A stretch of 56,832 nt of DNA, filler included, from Dugesia japonica (lineage: Eukaryota): the NCBI GenBank assembly GCA_001938525.1. It is 6 parts of 6 records of this genome, joined end to end, with 100 filler letters (N's around TTAATTAATTAA, not from the genome) between each part and the next. Parts side by side here need not be neighbours in the genome. Positions count along the whole stretch, not along the records: positions 48,006 to 56,832 come from MQRL01596182.1; 5 more parts are not named here. One strand, written 5' to 3'. The first letter of the stretch is position 1. Each line of letters starts with the position of its first letter. Below the pieces are notes generated by a model. It was not told the origin of the DNA and searched no databases. It saw nothing but the letters and a program-made list of their open reading frames with translations. The position numbers and the translations under genes were made by a program. Of the stretch, positions 50,402 through 56,832 are shown one piece after another.

Positions 50402-51352
50402 AATAAATTAAAATAAATTCTTCTAATAATTACTAACAATTAAAATAATATTAAAAAATCTTACTTCTAAATGTTTTTGTACTTGATTACTTAAATATAT
50501 TGCGTTTGATTGAATTTTTATGTTTGTTTAATTACTTCCTTGTTATTTCGGTTGCTATTTTAATTAATAAAGTTTAGTTGTCTTTGAGTTATTTTAGTTT
50601 AAAATTGAAAGTCAAAAACGGACATAAAATTTTTGATCAATTAATAGCCTTTATTTAACAAGAAGTGGATTTTTTATGCCGAAAGAACTGTCATTGATGC
50701 TAAGATAGTTTTAAATATGCTATTCTTTCTCTTAACAATATGTATATGAGTGTTACAGTCAAAGTACGAATTCGGTAAATTCATAAATTTGTGTTTGTAT
50801 ATATTTATTTAAAGTATTAAATAAATGATAAAATGGAAAGAATGAGTAAATCAGGAATTTAAGGAAATATATCAGTGTATATATTTGTTAAAAACTTGTT
50901 TTATTCTGATTAGATCTAATTATTTTAATAAAAGTAATTCATAAAATTATTTATGAAACAGAGCTCTATTAGAATAAAAGTATGGATTAAAGTAAGCTTA
51001 AAATATAAATTTATAATATTCTTATTAAAATTTGAAAAATTCAAATTTAGAATACAGAGTCCGGACATAGGTTCTTAAAGTTATAACAAATATCACAATT
51101 TATGGCCTGTTTAATTATTTCTATTTTAAACATTTAAATGAATAAAATATAATTTGCAACTATGTTGTTTTAGATTTTGATCTTTTAAAGTGTAAAAAAT
51201 GTTTTTAGAACGAACTTTATATTTACTTTTAAAACAAATTTATTTTAGAAAATATTTCTTTATATACAGTAATTCCATCGTTCACGTTACCTTACAAATG
51301 AATTGAAATAGTAATTATTTGATTCAAGAAAGAAATTATAATTATGTAGCTA

Positions 51353-51512
51353 CACTCATCCCTCGCTTTACGAAATGGTTCCGTTCCCGAAAAGTTGTCC
51401 CTAAATCCAATTTTTTACGTACATAAAAACCATTTTATATGTACTATAGCAGAAACAATGGTTTTATTTTTCAATTCCGTATAAAGAGTTCCCGTAAAGC
51501 GAGGGATGAGTG
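51353..51512 (+). mobile_element. Pogo/Tigger-like MITE (160 bp)
   Basis: Perfect 20-bp TIR CACTCATCCCTCGCTTTACG with TA on both flanks. Confidence 0.92.
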
Positions 51513-53143
51513 TACTTATAAATTATAAAGAATACGATATATTGTATTATTCTAGTTTATTTATAATGTGTTAAATAAGAAAATAAATCCATCTATAACA
51601 ATATGTTGAGATTACAGATACACAAAAAAACAAAACATACACATACATAAATCATTGTTAATCAAATCATCAACGAGCAAATACGACCAATTATTCTCAA
51701 TATCAACCCTCAAATGGATCCTTCAACCACAATTTAACCGACATTTAGTTTATCAGACAATTATTTGTTTTAGACTTCATAATTGATATTTCGACTTCAT
51801 TATTGATATTTTAATTTATTTCATTTCATTTTCATTAATTATGTATAAAGTTATTTTGAAGGAATTTTTAGTTAATATTGCTATGTATTGATTTTATTTT
51901 AATTGAGTTTATTTTTATGTTGACTTTATTTTATCAAGAAATATTGCAATCTGTTTGCAATCTGTTTAATAAATCGATTAATCTGTTCAATTTATGCACA
52001 TACTTGGGAATTATTATATAGTTTGGATTATTGATTATGGAAAATTAAATTATTTGAAAAAGTAAATTTTANTTATTTTTGTATGGTGTTGTTATTTTTA
52101 TTGGTTAAAGATGTTCTGCATGCGAGTGAAATCAGTATAAATACTGACTGATTTCACTCAGTTTTCAGACTTTCAATTAGCACCCAACCTCTTTGGATGG
52201 CATCGCTAATCTGAATTAAAATTTTGCTAATAAGTTTTTATAGTTTTTAGTAACCTGTAGTTATTATCTGTTATACATAAAAAATAAACTATTAAAAGGT
52301 AGTTATTGGTTATTTATATAAGACAAATACACTATATAACTATATCTATAATTTTCGATAAAATATCATCTATATAATATCGTATTGACATATCAAAGGA
52401 AAATCAACACCAATAAATTTACTAACGTACTTTAAGTCAATAGTTTTAAAATAACGAACCGTAAATTAACTTGTTGAGTAGAAATACCCAACAAATATTA
52501 TATAGATACTAGTCAATCTATACATGAAAAGTAAGAATTCAATGTGTATATTATTAATATATAATTATTATTATTATTATGTGATACACGAAATTTGATA
52601 ATTTGTTATGAAAATAATGAAAAGTTTTTTTAATATATACGATGTAAAAAATTAAAAAACATTGGCAAATTTTTCAGAAAAATAAGAGAAAGCCATTTAA
52701 CAAAATATTTATTTGCAATTAATACCGAATGGGTGCAATGTCACATAGATTGAAGAACTTCTTGTCATCTCTACAGAAGAGTCGAAATAGTTATATTGTT
52801 GAACATCGTAGAAAATGTATAAATTCAATAGGGTTTATGATTTAAAATTGTGTGAAGTGGATTTAATAATTATTGGGAGAAAGTGATGTGTNNNNNNNNN
52901 NNNNNNNNNNNNNNNNNNNNNNNNNNNNNNNNNNNNNNNNNNNNNNNNNNNNNNCTCTTAAAATTATTTTATTGATTATTTATTGGGATTGCACAATTGA
53001 AGTTGAGTAATCATTTTTAACTTTATAAATAGTATTTTTTAATTATTTTTTAGATGACGGTTATTCCGTCGAAATTAATTAAAACTAATTAATTCTCTTA
53101 TTTTTATTAATATATTTCTAATTTTAACATATCATAATAACAA

Positions 53144-53860
53144 TCAGCTGTAAATATCTCGACAAAATAATTTACTTTTCAAAACTATATTTGATTTCAT
53201 GGTTTTGTAATTTGTAGTCGAAGAAAACCAATAAAGTTTTCTACCAAATTCTCTAATTTCATTGAAAAATGGGAAATCATTGTAGCAAAATCCGTTCCTA
53301 GTTAAAATCGTACAACACACCACGAGTACATTCAATTTATTTATAATTTCTACTTTCATGTCTGTAATATGACCATTCGATATTGATGATCGAGACAAAT
53401 TCATTGGAATGAACACTTTTAATTTCTTACAGGATAAATCTCTGCATTGTTTCTTTGTGATTTGCATATGATTATTTTCATTTGGTATTGTGACAAACTT
53501 TTTTATTAGACTACCTTTCAGTGTAATTTTTAATGCTACAGGAAAATTTATTTCATATAAGCCTATTAAACAAATAAAACCGTCAACACGACATTTGTCT
53601 ATGTAAGAATATCCAATTTGAAATAGGGTTTTTTGATTACTACAAAATATTTTGCAGAGTTTATTGTCTACAAATAAATGCAATTTTCTCCACAGAGATG
53701 CACATATAGGGCAATTTTGTGATTTGTGTTCAATTGTGTAATTGATAAGACAAACATGGTGGAATTTATGCTCACACGAAATCTCTGCTAACTTCTCATT
53801 ACCTAGTAAACAAATTGAACATTTTTCAGACTTTCTCAACGAATTTTTCAGTCTTTCCAT
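53144..53860 (-). CDS. Intronless RING-H2 finger protein with unrecognised C-terminal domain, paralogue 2
   Basis: Intact 238-aa ORF. C-x2-C-x11-C-x-H-x2-H-x2-C-x12-C-x2-C. Shares LFQ(V/I)GYSYI, CLIGLY, NEN, CKK and FPxxxEIxxxGxxL with paralogue 1. Confidence 0.85.
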   Translation of the reverse strand: MERLKNSLRKSEKCSICLLGNEKLAEISCEHKFHHVCLINYTIEHKSQNCPICASLWRKLHLFVDNKLCKIFCSNQKTLFQIGYSYIDKCRVDGFICLIGLYEINFPVALKITLKGSLIKKFVTIPNENNHMQITKKQCRDLSCKKLKVFIPMNLSRSSISNGHITDMKVEIINKLNVLVVCCTILTRNGFCYNDFPFFNEIREFGRKLYWFSSTTNYKTMKSNIVLKSKLFCRDIYS

Positions 53861-54089
53861 ATTGTTAACAAAAATTATGTTTAAATAATTTAAATGTGGC
53901 TTATAATTAATGAGATTATGTAATTATCACGTAAGATTAGGTAACTTAATGTAGGAAAATTTACACAAATTTTATTTTATCTGTTTACAATTTCATAAAA
54001 TTAAAATTTTGCAAAATTAAAAATTTTAATTGCAAAATTAAAAATTATTTCAATAATAATATAAACTTAATTTAAAAAAAAAAATCTTC

Positions 54090-54185
54090 GATCAAAATTT
54101 GTTTTTTTGGTTGTTGATAGTCAATTCTTGACGAAGACAAAGTCGAAATATAGAATTATCAAAAGCCAAAAAACAAATTTTGATC
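54090..54185 (+). ncRNA. Long hairpin whose loop is a hammerhead-ribozyme-like core
   Basis: Arms GATCAAAATTTGTTTTTTTGG..TTGATA..AATTC and GAATTATCAA..CCAAAAAACAAATTTTGATC enclose TTGACGA-A-GAC-AAA-GTC-GAAA-TA-TA. Confidence 0.5.
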
Positions 54186-56796
54186 AAAGCATTTATTTTA
54201 AATGAATTCTGAAAAACGATCAATGGTTATGTCCAACAATTATTCTCGCAATAATTGCAATTCTGAAACAATATAAACTTCATTAAAAACATTTGAAATT
54301 TGGCAAATTTTGAAATCTCGGAAATAATTTTAAAACTCATAATAGTGAAATTGACGATTTGATTTTGAAGTTCAATAATAATAACAAAAAAATTTTAATT
54401 TTTTTAATAGATAAAATCCAGGAAAATTTCAAAATTTAAAAGATCTATATTTGAATGAATTTAAATTAGTTAAAAAGTTAAAAAACCAACAAAATCTCAA
54501 AAAACTAAGAAATAATCGAGAAATAAATTAAATATAATTTTCTACATCTATATGTAGGTGAATTTGTCTGTAACGTTCGAGTTAAAAAGGTTAATAATAA
54601 ATATTACAGAGTGCATACAAAGTTAATTTCATGCAAATTTTAATTTATATAAAAAATTAATGCTGTTGGGCTCCAAGGTCTTTTCTGCTATCTTTCTTTC
54701 TTTTAATACTCTTGTCATCTTTCTGTCTTGATGATTGATTTCGCGTCTGGTGTATGATACCGAGGAACCGCAAAAATTTTATGTTTTCTAGAACAATAAC
54801 TCCCATCATTACCGGATTCAGCGGGACTACGCGGTATCTCGTCTTATGAATCTCAGTTTGTTATTCGACTTCACTTAGTAGATCCTCTACTCATTATTTT
54901 CACTCAATAACACTACGATATTACCTTTCAAGTAATGAGAACTCGGGTGGATTTTATAGATTTATTAACATAAAATTCTTTTCGTTCATTGATTTCACTT
55001 TTTAATCTAACACATCAACTTTCCATGATGGCACTATCTTCTTCAGGTGCCGACTTCTTGAGGTTGTAAACCTATACAAGCACTTCAAATTTGCCAATAC
55101 TGATGCTTTTCGTTCCGATTATCCACGAATAAATCCGCTAGAATATCCAAAAAATCCGGTTTATCTGGAATTATGCGAATTCTCGCTCTCAGCTTATATT
55201 TTTCTATACAGTTTATATACATTTCCTCATTTTTGTTTAATTTAATTGCCGCATTATTTTCTTTTGTTATTATTAATACTTTTGTTTCAATTTTAGCTTT
55301 ATCCGTTTCCGCCCTACAATGCAATTAAAATTTTTGAAGATATGACTGAGTAAAAATGTCATTAACACTTTTTGTGTAAATTAAGCTTTTATAAATTATA
55401 TATAAATTATATAAATTATATATCGAAAATTTTTATAAATTTAACCGAGCTTCCAATTCGTATTAAAAATAGTGCACCGACAAATAAACTGGTGCTAGTT
55501 TAAAAATTTGGCTCACTTGGCACAACCCTTATATATAGTGGTGAAACAACCGAATAAGAACCAAGAAACCCGAGGGCCCCAGAAATAGATCAACCAGCGT
55601 ATCCAATTAGAAATAATCATAAGATTAATTAATGAGGAAATAAATTTAAATTATTAATAACTAAAATTAGGTCAGAAATAAATCGGAAGTAATAGAATTA
55701 CAAGAAGAAATAATGGAATCAGAAAGAAAAATACCTGTCAGAATGAAATAGTTAATTAATTAACAAATTAATTAAGATATAAAATATTTTATAACAATAT
55801 TGAAATAATTGATTATTAGCGGAAATGGAATTAATTAGTTTAAAAACTCACAAAGGCTTTAACTTTTAATGAAAACACCAAAAAATCAAACGGTAAGAAA
55901 ATTCAAATAGTTAAAATGAAAAAAAACATTTTGGTCTAAAAAACAACATCAAAATCCTTGATAAGAAGGAACAAAGAGCAAGCAAAGATGAACCAGTGAG
56001 AAACATCAGGTGACATCATGCGATATCAAGCCACATAAGCTGATATATAAAGAACCAAACAGGCGAGGATGCAAAAATAATCCCAGATAAACATAGAGAA
56101 ATGATCGAAAGATACCAATGGGCCAAGTAGAAATGCGGTGGTCTTAAGATGAAATATTATAAAAACCCAGAAAATTTTAGATAATTTTGATTTTATATCA
56201 AAACAAATTTAGAAATTAGTTAATCATAGCAAATTAATACAAATCTTTGCGGAAAATCCTTATGTTACAGATAATTACAAGTAAATGCATTTCGATTTCA
56301 CATATGGAACTGTATATATTTTATAATATACATAATATATTTTCTCAATATTTTTGTTACTTTTATTAACATTGGGTGATGGTTTAAATTATTTTATTTT
56401 ATCTAGAAATTTTATTTAGTAGTTGACCCTAATGTAATAAACTAAACTCCTCAACCAACTCAAACTATATCTAATAAGAAAGGTGAGATATAAATAAATA
56501 ACATACCAGAAAAAAAATATTTATTTCTACTACAAAAAGAGAAATATCTTTAGGTGATCCACGGTAAACTTTCCACAAAGCATCGATAAAATTACTGACG
56601 AAAACGATTAATTTCATAATATAAAAGTTCAATAATATTTTGCTGAAATTTTACCCAGAATAAGAAATTACAAACTTAATTTACAGCAATCCACATCACT
56701 GGCATGTAAGCACAACTCCCCCCTGAGTAGTTACAGTAAAGAAAAATTAATTAATCGAGAAATATAATCAACCATAATTAATTATTAACCGTTATT

Positions 56797-56799
56797 ATG

Positions 56800-56832
<33 letters not shown>
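56797..56832. repeat. (TTA)n microsatellite
   Basis: Run of ATT units to the window end. Confidence 0.9.

Overview
AT-rich animal (invertebrate-type) genomic DNA with 42-49 bp introns. It is not one locus. Five identical 100-bp linkers (44 N + TTAATTAATTAA + 44 N) join six independent contigs of about 9-10 kb, so adjacency across linkers is meaningless. Most of the window is decayed mobile DNA: mariner and rosa/DD41D, hAT and Buster, MULE, piggyBac, MITEs, Ty3/Gypsy gag and pol pieces, and a non-LTR element with two Ulp1-like protease domains. One clear host gene is present (synaptogyrin, 3 exons seen). Main points of interest: (1) a decayed Polinton/Maverick (adintovirus-like) virion module at about 41.4-47.7 kb (ATPase, pX-like protein, integrase, minor capsid, major capsid, adenain protease), plus a protein-primed PolB fragment on another contig; (2) a multicopy family of orphan ORFs that start at splice acceptors, show codon-level conservation, and in one case lie antisense to a Gypsy gag-pro; (3) two intact, intronless, diverged RING-H2 paralogues with an unrecognised C-terminal domain; (4) several minimal hammerhead-ribozyme motifs, one closed by a long hairpin. 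All protein family calls come from manual translation and motif recognition; no database search was run.
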